Origin: a virus
Lineage: Duplodnaviria; Caudoviricetes
IMG/VR virus record: IMGVR_UViG_3300037231_000117
Span: 1 to 55,474 of that record
DNA length: 55,474 nt
Strand: one strand, 5' to 3'
Shown here: in pieces, positions 36,345-46,312 of the stretch
How positions within the stretch are numbered: the stretch's first letter is position 1
How the letters are laid out: every line of letters starts with the position of its first letter
The notes under the pieces: generated by a model
What the model saw: only the letters and a program-made list of their open reading frames with translations
Database searches by the model: none
What the model was told of the DNA's origin: nothing
Program-made: the position numbers and the translations under genes

Positions 36345-37306
36345 TACGGCGCTCCTCCGTTGTTCAGAAAGCCGGGCAGTGCTGCTGCCGGTGCTGGAGC
36401 AACCGCGCGTGGGCCGGCGTTCGAATTAAATGGCGGCGCTGCCTGCGTGGCGGGGCCGAAGCTGGCCAGCGGCGGCCGGGTGCCTGTCGCCGGCGAACCT
36501 GGCGCTTCATTGCCGGTCGCGGCGGCGACGCGGCCATGCACCAGGTCGCTTGAGTACTGCAACGCACGCTGCGCCCCGGTAAGCTGGATCTTCAGGTTCG
36601 CGACCAAGCCCTTTTGCGCGACCTTGTCGGTATCGCTTATTTCGGGGCTGTTGAGGGCCGCCGTCGCGGTGACGAGTTGCGTGTTGTAGTGCTGCACACT
36701 GTCCATGTCGGTTCGGTACATCGCCGCTGCGGCCTGGGTGATCGCTGCCTCGGTCCCGGCGGATACTTCCAGCGACGTGACCTGGTTCTTCAACTCGGTG
36801 ACCTTGGCCGGATCGGCGTCGGGCTTTGCGATCTCGGCCTGTAGCGCAGTGTGCGCCTGATCGAGTTGCTGGGCATTGTTGGTCTGTACCGCAGCCAGCG
36901 CCGTCTGCTGGTTCTGCGCGTTAATCTGCGCCTGCCGTACCGGCGCCGCCGCCGCGAGTTCGGCATAGGTGTTCTTGCTTTGCAGGTCCGCGGCGTATTT
37001 CGACGCGGCCGCCGAAATCCCAGCAGCGCCCAGCGTCGCGCCGGCGCCGATCGTGGCGATCGTCTGTGCCGACTGCCGTTGCAGATCGCCTTGTCCGGCG
37101 AGGAACCCGTGTTCCGCCGTCGCGGCCGTCGCGGCGATATCGCCCGCTTCCTGTCGCCCTTTCGACTCCCGCACCGTCGCCAGTTGGTCGGCCAGGACAG
37201 CCCCCTGCTGCGCGAGATCGGCCTTCTGCTGCTCCAACCCGGCCGATCCGGCAAACGCCGCCACGCCCGAGCCGAGGCTCGACAGGCCGTTCATCAGCGA
37301 TGCCAT
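36344..37306 (-). CDS. Putative internal virion (ejection) protein
   Basis: Ala/Gln-rich helical sequence, TAATG-coupled to the giant gene. Confidence 0.7.
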   Translation of the reverse strand: MASLMNGLSSLGSGVAAFAGSAGLEQQKADLAQQGAVLADQLATVRESKGRQEAGDIAATAATAEHGFLAGQGDLQRQSAQTIATIGAGATLGAAGISAAASKYAADLQSKNTYAELAAAAPVRQAQINAQNQQTALAAVQTNNAQQLDQAHTALQAEIAKPDADPAKVTELKNQVTSLEVSAGTEAAITQAAAAMYRTDMDSVQHYNTQLVTATAALNSPEISDTDKVAQKGLVANLKIQLTGAQRALQYSSDLVHGRVAAATGNEAPGSPATGTRPPLASFGPATQAAPPFNSNAGPRAVAPAPAAALPGFLNNGGAP

Positions 37307-37878
37307 CAGCTATCATCCCCGGCCACTGGTCGGTTGATCATGCCACCAGGACTGGGAGGCATCGGCGTGGGCTTCGCGGCCATCGGGTGTTGCGTGATTC
37401 CGGCCTTCATGTTGATTTTCGCCATCGCAACAGGATCCTGCGTGATCGCGTGGATCCGCGTCGCGGCGTTCGCCAGCCCCGCTTTGGTGATGCCGAACCG
37501 GGCAAACAGAAAATCGGTGAAGATGTGGGTGGCGCGCACCAGTTCCGGTTCGCCGATCGCGACAATCTTTGACCGGTCCACGAAATCGAGGGCTTTCAGC
37601 ATGAGCGTCATAGCGGCTGGCACCATGGCCTTCAGCGGCATGATTCCGTGCGCCTGGCGGCGGAGGATCAGCACCAGGGCAACCGCGCCCTTGGCGGCGT
37701 CAGCGACCGGGTCCTGGCTCTGCCGGAGCTTGGCCAACAGACTGTCGGGTCCGTTCTGCAACCCGACGTGCATGCCTGCTACCACGATTTTGAGGTAGTT
37801 GGCGCGATTCTGCGGCGTGAGTCCGCTTTCGAGCTTGTCCTCGGCCTGCTGGAGCAGCGGATTGTTGAGTTCGGCCAT
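37306..37878 (-). CDS. Virion/ejection-cluster protein
   Basis: Coupled ORF, native codon bias. Confidence 0.7.
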   Translation of the reverse strand: MAELNNPLLQQAEDKLESGLTPQNRANYLKIVVAGMHVGLQNGPDSLLAKLRQSQDPVADAAKGAVALVLILRRQAHGIMPLKAMVPAAMTLMLKALDFVDRSKIVAIGEPELVRATHIFTDFLFARFGITKAGLANAATRIHAITQDPVAMAKINMKAGITQHPMAAKPTPMPPSPGGMINRPVAGDDS

Positions 37879-39074
37879 TATGCCGGCGCTCCCGTTACCT
37901 GTGCCGCAGCCGGCGCCTGATTGATGAGTCCAGCCGGTTGCTGGGTGGGTGCCGCGGGTACCAGCGTCTGCGGAGCGCCCGTAACCGGCGCGCTGGAGGC
38001 GACCGCTTTTGGCTGAGCAAGGTTGGCCGTCTGCTGTGTTTGCAGCGCCGCCGCCGCATTGTTCGCTGCGGCCTGTGCGTTGAGCGCGGAAACCTGGGCC
38101 GGGGTAAGTGTGCTCGTCAGACCGGAAAGCAGCGATCCTCCGGCTTGCAGTGCGCCGTACGTGAGCAGTGGGTTTGCTTTAAGGAACGACCCGATGCTGC
38201 CGAAAACGCCCGAACTGGAACCGCTGTCGGGGAGACTGATGAGTTTGCCCGTGGTCGGGTCAATAGCTTGAGTGATCGTGTTGCCATCTGCACCGGTCGC
38301 TCCAAGACCACCCGGCGGCGCGGGTGGGGTGTCGATCACGCCATCCCCGCCTACGCCCGGTGCTGCTACGCCGCCTGGCCCCAGCGCGCCCGGCGGCAGT
38401 CCGGGAATCGGGTTTGCCGCCGCGGTAGTGGGTGCAACGACCGGACTTTCGCCAACGACCAGGCCGGTCGAGTTTGTGCCGCCCGCGGCTGCCTGCGCCG
38501 TACTGTCTTCCACCGTCGCCGCATCCTGGCTCGGCAATTCTGTTCCAGTCGGGACCGGAGCGGCGGCGTTGGTTGCGGTGGACGCTTGGGTCACACCCGC
38601 ATCGCCGCCGACCGAAGCCGCTTCTGCACCGGAAGTCGGCGCGGTAATGACCTCGCCCGTTCCTGGGTCGATAGCGCCTACGCCACCCGGAGGGGCTGGT
38701 GGCGTGTCGATCATGCCCGACGAAGTCGCATCTCCGCCGACGAAGTTAACGGTGTCGGCCGCCGCCGAGTCAGCCGTTGAAGCTGTCGGTGCGGCACCGA
38801 ACAGAGGCGCGCTGGACGCCGCATCGGCCCCAAGCAAGCCCGCGCCAACGGCGAGAGAGCCAATCCCACCTATAGCGCCGATCACCAGCCCCACCATTGA
38901 AAGTGTCTTGTTGCCGGTGATCGCTCCAATCGCGCCAAGGGTCGCACCCACGGCCGTCACAATCTCAAGCGCCGTGACCGTGCTGATCGCCGCGATTCCA
39001 CCGACGGTGGCCGCGACTGCCGAGGCAGCGATAGCGTCCGCACCGATCGCAACGCCGACTGCGATTAAGGGCAT
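37878..39074 (-). CDS. Putative ejection protein with an N-terminal hydrophobic Gly/Ala zipper
   Basis: Long hydrophobic N-terminus; internal IDTPPAPPGG duplication. Confidence 0.7.
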   Translation of the reverse strand: MPLIAVGVAIGADAIAASAVAATVGGIAAISTVTALEIVTAVGATLGAIGAITGNKTLSMVGLVIGAIGGIGSLAVGAGLLGADAASSAPLFGAAPTASTADSAAADTVNFVGGDATSSGMIDTPPAPPGGVGAIDPGTGEVITAPTSGAEAASVGGDAGVTQASTATNAAAPVPTGTELPSQDAATVEDSTAQAAAGGTNSTGLVVGESPVVAPTTAAANPIPGLPPGALGPGGVAAPGVGGDGVIDTPPAPPGGLGATGADGNTITQAIDPTTGKLISLPDSGSSSGVFGSIGSFLKANPLLTYGALQAGGSLLSGLTSTLTPAQVSALNAQAAANNAAAALQTQQTANLAQPKAVASSAPVTGAPQTLVPAAPTQQPAGLINQAPAAAQVTGAPA

Positions 39075-39439
39075 TTCTTGTCCCTCCGGTAATGCACAAA
39101 GAACTCGCTCGTTCCGGTCACTTGAAACCCCAAGAGTTTGTTGAGCCTGTGCTGGCGACCGGCGCCCTCGACTGGCGTCCGCGTCGTCACGAAGCCATGC
39201 CGCTCGATGATGGCATCAAGCCGAGAGTTGATCATGGTCCTGGTAATCGGCGCCCCGGTATCAAAACTGGCGAAATGAAACTCCGGCCCGTTCGTCAGTG
39301 TAGCGAAAGCCAATTGGCCGTCGATCACCACCGGTTCGATATCCCAGCACGCCAGGCCGGAAACGAACTGCTCGCGGGTTAGAAAAGCGAACGGCTCGAT
39401 CTGTTCCCACAGAGCGTCGATGACATCGACGCTCGTCAC
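39065..39439 (-). CDS. GNAT-fold virion assembly protein (T7 gp13-like position)
   Basis: EFH...TRTP...RLNKLLGFQ motif; between tail and ejection genes. Confidence 0.55.
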   Translation of the reverse strand: MTSVDVIDALWEQIEPFAFLTREQFVSGLACWDIEPVVIDGQLAFATLTNGPEFHFASFDTGAPITRTMINSRLDAIIERHGFVTTRTPVEGAGRQHRLNKLLGFQVTGTSEFFVHYRRDKKCP

Positions 39440-40902
39440 CCGCCGGGGCCGACGTCTGCCACCGACAACGCGGCCTGTTCAAACGCCGTGAGAGGCCCCG
39501 TTGGCGTAGGCGTGTCCGTGGCAGCGCCCGTGGTAGAAGCGTCCGCGGTCGGATCAGTAAACACGAGGGTCGAGTTGGCCTGCTGGTTCGCCGCGATGTC
39601 ATTCAGCGCATTAAGGCCGTCCTTGAGCTGCGACACCCCGTCGTTCAACGCCGTCGTCTGCTGCGCCGTGCTCAGGTTCGGGTTCGTCATGATCGCGGAC
39701 AGATTCGTCAGCGCCTGGTTGTAAAGCTGGGCCGCCGATGCCGACGTTTGCAGCAACGTCTTGTTCTGGTCGCCCAAGTTCTGGATTTGCGTGTTGATGA
39801 CGCCGTTCGCCTGAATGTTGGCGAGCGAGGCGGCATTTTGCAGGTTCTGCACCACGATGGTGTTCTGGTTGTTCGCCGCCGCGATGATCTGCGCCGACGC
39901 GGTCTGCTGCTGTTCCACGCTCAGGCTGGTGTTCGCCGAAATGTTGGCGATGGCCTGGGCGCTGGTGTTGTTGACGGCCGCGAGTGCCGCCGAGGCGTCC
40001 ACCGATATCTGCTGCGCCGTGAGCGTGGTGTTGGCGCCCAACTGGCCAAGATAGGTCTGCAGCCCGGTCTGCTGGGCTTGGATCGCCAGCGTGGTCGCGT
40101 CCTGCTGTTGCTGGTTGCTCAGGCTGGTGTTCGACTGGATGCCAGCGATGACCGTCGATACCGCCGCCGACTGCTGCTCGACGGACAGCGACGTGTCCGC
40201 CTGGATGTTGGCGATGGCTTGCGCGGACGTGTTGTTGACATCGGCGATATTCGTCGAGCTGGCGATCGACTGCGCGGCCTGCGTCGCGGTGTTGGTCGCC
40301 GCGGCGTTCACCTGGCTTGTTGTCGTGGCGAGCTGCGCGTTTTGCAGCCCGGCCGTGTTCGTCGCCGCCGCCGTGGCCGCCAGAGCGGCGTTCTGCGCCT
40401 CCGTGGTGTTCGTCGCGGCTGCCGCGTAGGTGTTCGCATCGGCCGTGGCGATCGGCGTCGCGGCGGTGTAGAGCGCGGCCTGAGCGGCGGTAATGCCCTG
40501 GCTCGAATTGATGAGCCCCCGCTGGTTCGACAGCTCGTTGGCGTTGGCGACCGCCTGCTGCATGAGCGGCGAGCCGGACGCGATGATGTTGGATATCTGA
40601 CCGGAAACGGTTTGATTCGGCGTGACGGCGAACGAATTCGGAGTGGAACTCGCGGCCGGGGCAGCGTTCGTCGATGTTGCGGTGGCGGGTGTGTACGGCG
40701 CGACGGTCGTGCTGCCGACCGTTTGCGGCGCCGGCGGGGCAGCGGTGGACGGTGCGGTGTTGATCAGGCCCGTGGGTAGAAGTCCGGGAGTCGGCGTGGC
40801 GCCGGGTGCGGCCCCACTCGCGCTCGGTAAACCCGGGCCAGCGACGACAGGCGGGACGGTGGGCGCGTTGACGCCTGGCGTGAGGGATGCTGAGCCGGAC
40901 AT
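39436..40902 (-). CDS. Putative DNA ejection protein (Ala/Gln/Asn/Thr-rich)
   Basis: SGSPLMQQA..NQRGLINSS motif; internal VNNTSAQAIANI duplication. Confidence 0.7.
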   Translation of the reverse strand: MSGSASLTPGVNAPTVPPVVAGPGLPSASGAAPGATPTPGLLPTGLINTAPSTAAPPAPQTVGSTTVAPYTPATATSTNAAPAASSTPNSFAVTPNQTVSGQISNIIASGSPLMQQAVANANELSNQRGLINSSQGITAAQAALYTAATPIATADANTYAAAATNTTEAQNAALAATAAATNTAGLQNAQLATTTSQVNAAATNTATQAAQSIASSTNIADVNNTSAQAIANIQADTSLSVEQQSAAVSTVIAGIQSNTSLSNQQQQDATTLAIQAQQTGLQTYLGQLGANTTLTAQQISVDASAALAAVNNTSAQAIANISANTSLSVEQQQTASAQIIAAANNQNTIVVQNLQNAASLANIQANGVINTQIQNLGDQNKTLLQTSASAAQLYNQALTNLSAIMTNPNLSTAQQTTALNDGVSQLKDGLNALNDIAANQQANSTLVFTDPTADASTTGAATDTPTPTGPLTAFEQAALSVADVGPGG

Positions 40903-41567
40903 CACCAAGTCTCCGTGCAATTAAGTAAGACGAACCCGGAGCCGGAGCCGGAAGCAGTATATGTTCCTGCTATGGGAACTATCCCAGAGACGCTTCCTTG
41001 ACCGCTAGAACTGCCGCCCAAGCCGTATTGGTCAACTAGCAAACCATTGATTGTAAGCAATAAGAAGTTTGTAGATGACGTGAATCCTATGACGGCTGAA
41101 AAGAACATCGGCCGACCGGTCGTATTCGTATATGCCGTGCCAAGCACCCGTGAACTCAGGACATTATGCACCGTCGCGAACAGCGCGAAGGACGCTTCAG
41201 CGGCCTCGGCGCGGGCCGTTTCCGCAGCTACCGCCGCCGCGTTGACGCCCTCTGCCGTCGTGGCGCGCGTCGCTTCCGCAGTCACCGCCGCCGCGTTGAC
41301 GCCCTCTGCCGTCGTGGCGCGCGTCGTTTCAACGGTCACCGCTGTCGATACGTCCGTCAGCAGCGCCAGCGTGCCCACCTCCGCCGGCAGTGTGAACGTG
41401 AAATTCCCCTGCTGCCCAAAGATCGTTTGGAATGCGCCGGTCGAGGTGAACGGCGGCACAAGGTCGAATGCCGTCTGGATCGACACGAACTCCGCGCGCA
41501 CCAACGCCGAGAGGCCCTGTGCTCCGGTCGCCGGATTGCCGCTCGCGCTATAGAAGATGTTGGCCAT
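40902..41567 (-). CDS. Short tail fibre/spike
   Basis: N-terminal anchor VRAEFVSIQTAF; 54-bp coiled-coil repeats at 41230-41326; tip SRVLGTAYTNTTGRPM. Confidence 0.7.
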   Translation of the reverse strand: MANIFYSASGNPATGAQGLSALVRAEFVSIQTAFDLVPPFTSTGAFQTIFGQQGNFTFTLPAEVGTLALLTDVSTAVTVETTRATTAEGVNAAAVTAEATRATTAEGVNAAAVAAETARAEAAEASFALFATVHNVLSSRVLGTAYTNTTGRPMFFSAVIGFTSSTNFLLLTINGLLVDQYGLGGSSSGQGSVSGIVPIAGTYTASGSGSGFVLLNCTETW

Positions 41568-43696
41568 CAGACCCGAAGCCCACGCCGCATGGAATAGTGG
41601 TGGATGATGGATGACACTGTGAATGCCTCGATGTAATTCGTTCCGGATGTGATTACAGTCCGGATATTCTCGGCCGTTCCGGTCTCATCGACATCGGTTG
41701 GCGAGAGACCGGCGCCGTCCCACACGAACGCGTCCCAAACGAATGAGTCCCAATGCGGAACGTCCCCCAGATTGAGCGGGAGATCGATTGCGGGAAGCTG
41801 GGCAAGCTGGTTGCTATCGTAACCGAGTTGGTAGCCATACTGGATGTCCGCGTAGCTTCCGCCCTGCACCTCGATCGAAGCCGCCCGAAACCGTTTCAAA
41901 ATGCGCGGCGATTTGAGCGCATCCCACGCGGTCACGAAAAAGGCGTCGATCGGGCCGCCGTCGAAGCTGGTCCCCACATCGAGCTGATACACATATCCGC
42001 TCTCGGAACCGGCGTAAGTCGCTTCGACGTCAGTGGTGAGAACCTCGTAATCGACGCAGTTCATGACGTTCGGATAAAGCACGAGTCCGGACCCGAGATA
42101 TTGCTGGTTCAGGATGGTGCAGAACAGCGCATAGCCATCGCTGAAGAACAGCCGATATTGGCTCTTTTCCCGGTTAAGCGCGGACGCCAGCAGATTGGCT
42201 CGCTCGCGTTGGATGAAAGGCAAGATGTTCTTGGTCAACGTCGATGGCAGGAAATTGCCCCAGTTTAGTGTAGTCTTCAGGGTGACGACGCCGAGCGTGT
42301 CCAAAAAGAAGGTGTCGAACAGGTTCTGCATGGAATACGGCAGCGCGCCGATACCCGTGTTGAACGTGACGAAGTTGAACGTCGTCGGATCGGTGCCGTA
42401 GAGAAAGGCCGCATTGGTGCGCAGGAACACCGCCAGCGTCGCCGACGTTTGACTGCCGGGCAGCGTTATCATGCCGGTGATGGTGTCGCCGGTTGCGATC
42501 TCGCCTCCGCCGTCGATAGAGTCCCACTTGAAGGGTGTATCGGCACCGCAATAAAGCAACGAGGCGGCCTGCGAGATAAAGAGGAAGTTCTTGTGAAAAT
42601 AGATGTCCGACGGCTGATCCGGCGATAGGCCGGTCGAGATCGGTGCCAGCGTGACGCCGTCGAACTCGAAACACGGATTGACCGCATCGCAACCGTAAAC
42701 CCGCCGCGTGATCAACTGACCGCTGAAATTGCACTTGGTGAACTGGAACCGGCCGCCCTTCGCCATCGTGATCGGGATCTGCGGTCCTGACAGCGTCACG
42801 GTGGCGCCGCTTGTCGTGGTCGCTGCTCCAGTGGTGAAGTTGCCGCCAAACGGGGCAGCCACGACGAACTGGCCGACGGCCGATCCCGCCCAAGCGCCGG
42901 ATTGCCACATCACCCGCATGATCGTCGCGGTGACGCCGCCCTGCGTCAGCGTGTCGCCGTCCATCGGAGTCGCGGTGCCGCCACCCGTGAATGCGACCAG
43001 GTTGAAGTACGGCACCAACACCCACCCGGCCGGGGTGGCTTTGTAGAGCAAAACCGCCGTTCCGCCGGAATTGGCACGAAACGCAAAAAGGCAATCGGCG
43101 CCGAGAAACGCCATGGCAACGACACCGAGGACCATGCCACTGCCAGGGACGGCCTGGATCAGTGCCCGGTAAACATCAGCCGCCGCGGCGGTGTAGATCG
43201 CATCGGTCTGGCTGATGATCGAGACGGTCAACGCGGTGGCCGTGCCGATCGCGATCGGGCCTGGTGTGGTGAGGGCGCCCACGTTGTCGAAGATGCCCGT
43301 GATCTTAGTCAGCGCGAGATAGTGTGCTCCGGTGCTTGGGCGGGATCGGCCGCCTGATCCTACGGCGACGATCGTTCCGGTGGCTCCGCTGCTGACCTGG
43401 GTGACGACCTGGCCGACGGTGGGCGTGTTGGTGAACGCAGTGACCTGGACCAGCGTGTAGGAAGCCGCGGACGGCGATGCGCGGCCATCAACGCGCTCGT
43501 AGCCGTCTACCCTGCCGTACCCGCCGAACTGACCGACCTCGAAATTCAGCACGTCGGTCAGCGCGCCATTTTGGAGCCGCAACGGCGGCGTCACGAGATC
43601 GAGGCCGCCCGGGTACGACACGCCTTGCGCGGTTTGACCGCCGCCCAACGAGGTCATGGAGTATTTCACGGTAGGCATTGTCGGCACTGCATTCAT
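41567..43696 (-). CDS. Tail nozzle / tubular protein B (beta-propeller)
   Basis: GGLDLVTP..NFE..GGYGRVDGYER N-terminus, KRFR..WD..WD..WD C-terminus; ATGA-coupled. Confidence 0.75.
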   Translation of the reverse strand: MNAVPTMPTVKYSMTSLGGGQTAQGVSYPGGLDLVTPPLRLQNGALTDVLNFEVGQFGGYGRVDGYERVDGRASPSAASYTLVQVTAFTNTPTVGQVVTQVSSGATGTIVAVGSGGRSRPSTGAHYLALTKITGIFDNVGALTTPGPIAIGTATALTVSIISQTDAIYTAAAADVYRALIQAVPGSGMVLGVVAMAFLGADCLFAFRANSGGTAVLLYKATPAGWVLVPYFNLVAFTGGGTATPMDGDTLTQGGVTATIMRVMWQSGAWAGSAVGQFVVAAPFGGNFTTGAATTTSGATVTLSGPQIPITMAKGGRFQFTKCNFSGQLITRRVYGCDAVNPCFEFDGVTLAPISTGLSPDQPSDIYFHKNFLFISQAASLLYCGADTPFKWDSIDGGGEIATGDTITGMITLPGSQTSATLAVFLRTNAAFLYGTDPTTFNFVTFNTGIGALPYSMQNLFDTFFLDTLGVVTLKTTLNWGNFLPSTLTKNILPFIQRERANLLASALNREKSQYRLFFSDGYALFCTILNQQYLGSGLVLYPNVMNCVDYEVLTTDVEATYAGSESGYVYQLDVGTSFDGGPIDAFFVTAWDALKSPRILKRFRAASIEVQGGSYADIQYGYQLGYDSNQLAQLPAIDLPLNLGDVPHWDSFVWDAFVWDGAGLSPTDVDETGTAENIRTVITSGTNYIEAFTVSSIIHHYSMRRGLRV

Positions 43697-44424
43697 GCGA
43701 GTGCGCCGCCGAACGTTATTCTGGGAGCCCGGACTGCCTGAAGCTGCGCGTACACCCGCGCGCCTTCCGAATTGCCGCGTTGGATGACTTCTGACGCCGC
43801 CTCGTATTGACCGTATTTTTTCATTGCGTAATAGACGATCAGCAGTTCGAAGCGGGCCGGCAACCACATCGGGGTGTCCGTGTCTGCCACCATCGCGGTT
43901 GGCGCCGCGAAGTAGTCGCCGGTGATCGTGTAAAGGCCGTTCGACGGCGGCCCAAGATTGAGCGACTGATTGGGGCCGACCGCGATCGCGACCGGTCGCA
44001 TTTGAACCGCCCGCTGGGCACCGAACATATAGGCGTCGCGCCAGGCGTCGTACGGGATTTCGTCCAGGAATTGCTCGCCCTGAATCCCGACCGATGTCGG
44101 AAAGCTGCGGAACGTCTCGCGGTCCCACTTGCCGAAGGTCGCCCATTCGACGCCAACGGTGCCCGCGCCAACGCCAATCGGATAGCTGGCTTGTCCCGCC
44201 ACGGTCGGGAACGAAGCGCCGGCGCCCAGCAGGTTGCTCGACCGCATCCAGTCCCAGTCGTCATGCAAGCATTGAATGTCGTTCCAGGCGTCGCCGACCC
44301 AATTCACGACGCGTCCCAAGCTGCCGGTCGCGCCCACGACAGTCGGCAGCGCGGACAGGATCGCCTGGCCGCTCGCGACGCCGCACTCGACGCATGTGCG
44401 CTGGCAGAGGGCGAGAAAGTTCAT
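43693..44424 (-). CDS. Head-tail adaptor / tubular protein A
   Basis: MNFLALCQR..AWNDIQ..WDWM; M..D.DTP..LPARFELLIVYYAM. Confidence 0.75.
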   Translation of the reverse strand: MNFLALCQRTCVECGVASGQAILSALPTVVGATGSLGRVVNWVGDAWNDIQCLHDDWDWMRSSNLLGAGASFPTVAGQASYPIGVGAGTVGVEWATFGKWDRETFRSFPTSVGIQGEQFLDEIPYDAWRDAYMFGAQRAVQMRPVAIAVGPNQSLNLGPPSNGLYTITGDYFAAPTAMVADTDTPMWLPARFELLIVYYAMKKYGQYEAASEVIQRGNSEGARVYAQLQAVRAPRITFGGALA

Positions 44425-44873
44425 GGTTCGATTGCGCTGCGCTTGATCTCGGCCGCAAAGGTCTTCAGCAACACCGCCAACCGGTCGCGAGGCAGCCGGT
44501 CAGAGACGCGCGGGAACAGTGCATCGGCGATCTGTTCGGCCAGATCGTCGGCGTTGACGTAGCGCACCCGTGCATCAGGTTCACTGCGAACCGACGTTTC
44601 GCTGAGACGCCAGAATCTAAAGGCGGCGACCTCCGAAGCACTAAAAGCCCGACCGCGCTGCGCCCATTGTGCGGCCTCGTCGCACCAGTAGACCTGGTGT
44701 TGCCATCCGTCAGCCGAGAGGACCGACAGATACGTGCCATCTTTCGGAGCGGTGGGTATAGGGCTTACCGGCTGCAAGTACATTTCGTTTTTGCACGGCC
44801 CAAGGCCGCACGACGCGCAGGTTCGCGGATACGCCCGTCCGGCGTCCCGCAGCTCGTGGCTGCACGCGTTCAC
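44421..44873 (-). CDS. Accessory hypothetical protein (Zn-finger plus PIPTAPKDG module)
   Basis: YPRTCASCGLGPC; PIPTAPKDGT motif usually seen in early accessory genes. Confidence 0.55.
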   Translation of the reverse strand: MNACSHELRDAGRAYPRTCASCGLGPCKNEMYLQPVSPIPTAPKDGTYLSVLSADGWQHQVYWCDEAAQWAQRGRAFSASEVAAFRFWRLSETSVRSEPDARVRYVNADDLAEQIADALFPRVSDRLPRDRLAVLLKTFAAEIKRSAIEP

Positions 44874-45361
44874 AGATTGCGCCGGCGAAGCTCGCTTACC
44901 CAGGCTGGACCTTTTGGATTTTTGTCCTCCAGGATGCTGAAGCTATGCACCGGCGAGGTAAATCGTTGCGCGACATTAATCGGCCGCTCCCCGTCCATGT
45001 CCTGGATTTTTGTGTGAATCGTGTCGGTCTTCGCCCGGATGATGACCTCCAGGTATTTGCGTTTGATGGTCAACACGACACCAACCGGCAGGTAGCCTAT
45101 TTCCTCCCAGCGGCCGCGCTGAAACACCTCGGCCTTCTTGCCGTTGACCCAAACCGGGAAAGCGGTCGCCGCGTTTTTCTCCGACGACGGTTCGAGCCGG
45201 ATCGTCACCGGCTCCTCCATGAACGCGAGTTCGTCGAGGTAATCCTGTTTGTGCGTCCGCTCGGTCAGAACCACGTCGCCGTCATAGGTAGATTGATCGA
45301 CGATATCGGGTCTCTGCTCGACCTTCGGCAGCCTGTCGCTGTGCATTTCTTGACGTGCCAT
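44870..45361 (-). CDS. Head-region protein of unknown function
   Basis: GAGG RBS; native codon bias; head-cluster position. Confidence 0.75.
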   Translation of the reverse strand: MARQEMHSDRLPKVEQRPDIVDQSTYDGDVVLTERTHKQDYLDELAFMEEPVTIRLEPSSEKNAATAFPVWVNGKKAEVFQRGRWEEIGYLPVGVVLTIKRKYLEVIIRAKTDTIHTKIQDMDGERPINVAQRFTSPVHSFSILEDKNPKGPAWVSELRRRNL

Positions 45362-45402
45362 GGGTAACCTCTATCGATATTGGATTGCGCTGGGAGCGAA
45401 CG

Positions 45403-45666
45403 ATGAGCGAGCCAGAGGGGAATCTCTTCCACGATATCCAGGTCGTTCTTGCCGACTGGCCGGAGCGGGCTGTCATGCAGGCGCTGCTACAGTGCCTGCT
45501 GGTGGCGATCGGCGTTTCGGCGCCCGACCTTCCTCGCGCCGAGGCGTTGATCGATGCGCTGCCCGCCGAGCTAAAGCCGCTGTTGCGAGCCGAGTGGGTG
45601 AACTACCGGCTGCACCGCGCCAGGACCGTCGGCGACCCCAAGTCGGAGGATGCAGCCGGTGTTTGA
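45403..45666 (+). CDS. Antisense hypothetical protein
   Basis: GGAG RBS; fills the gap between structural genes. Confidence 0.55.
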   Translation: MSEPEGNLFHDIQVVLADWPERAVMQALLQCLLVAIGVSAPDLPRAEALIDALPAELKPLLRAEWVNYRLHRARTVGDPKSEDAAGV

Positions 45667-45759
45667 AGGCATAGAGCGACGGGCGGGGGACGTTGCCGCG
45701 ACATTGTCGCGACATTGCCGACGCATTTTTTTCAGACTTTATTCGGCGCCGGGGCGCCG

Positions 45760-46263
45760 TTAGCTGGACTGTGGCCGGCCCGGCAGCCATCCGACATTCT
45801 GGAACGTGCTGGCACTGACGCCGCTCGCCGTCCACGACCCGGTGCCAGGGGTCCACGCGGCGGCACTCGGCGCAGTGCGGACGATGGTATAGGCCAGCGG
45901 CACGAAGTTGTTCGGCAGATCGGGGAACTGCGGATCGTTGATCAGCGCCCCGACCGTGGTGGTCACGCCAATGCCGTTGGCGATAATCGGCCCCTGGACG
46001 AGCGCGAGCGCGCCGGCGGCGGTTTGGCCGAACACCAGAGTGCAGGTCTGGTTCGGTTGCAGCGCGTTGAACGCGACGCCGGTATTGGCGTCCAGGGTCG
46101 GGCTGGCGGCGTTGGTCTGTACGCCGAGCGTCGTGACGAACTTGCCGCCGATGACGCCGGCCGTGGTCACCGTCGAAGTAAACGTCGAGGTCGTTCCAGC
46201 GACGGCCCCCGCGTTCACGAGGTTCGTCGTGATGGAGGGATCAAAGTCCGTGTTGTAGGCCAT
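45760..46263 (-). CDS. Capsid decoration/cement-like protein
   Basis: AGGAG RBS; Thr/Gly/Ala beta-rich; FPDLP..FVPLAY..WTPGT. Confidence 0.65.
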   Translation of the reverse strand: MAYNTDFDPSITTNLVNAGAVAGTTSTFTSTVTTAGVIGGKFVTTLGVQTNAASPTLDANTGVAFNALQPNQTCTLVFGQTAAGALALVQGPIIANGIGVTTTVGALINDPQFPDLPNNFVPLAYTIVRTAPSAAAWTPGTGSWTASGVSASTFQNVGWLPGRPQSS

Positions 46264-46312
46264 GTGGGGTTCTCCTGAGACCGCGTTTTGGCGGTGATGA
46301 TGAAGCGCCGCG

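Noticed and set aside
40902-41567. Diversity-generating retroelement targeting a fibre or the 52630-53048 repeats
   Set aside because: No reverse transcriptase and no TR/VR pair differing at adenines was seen.
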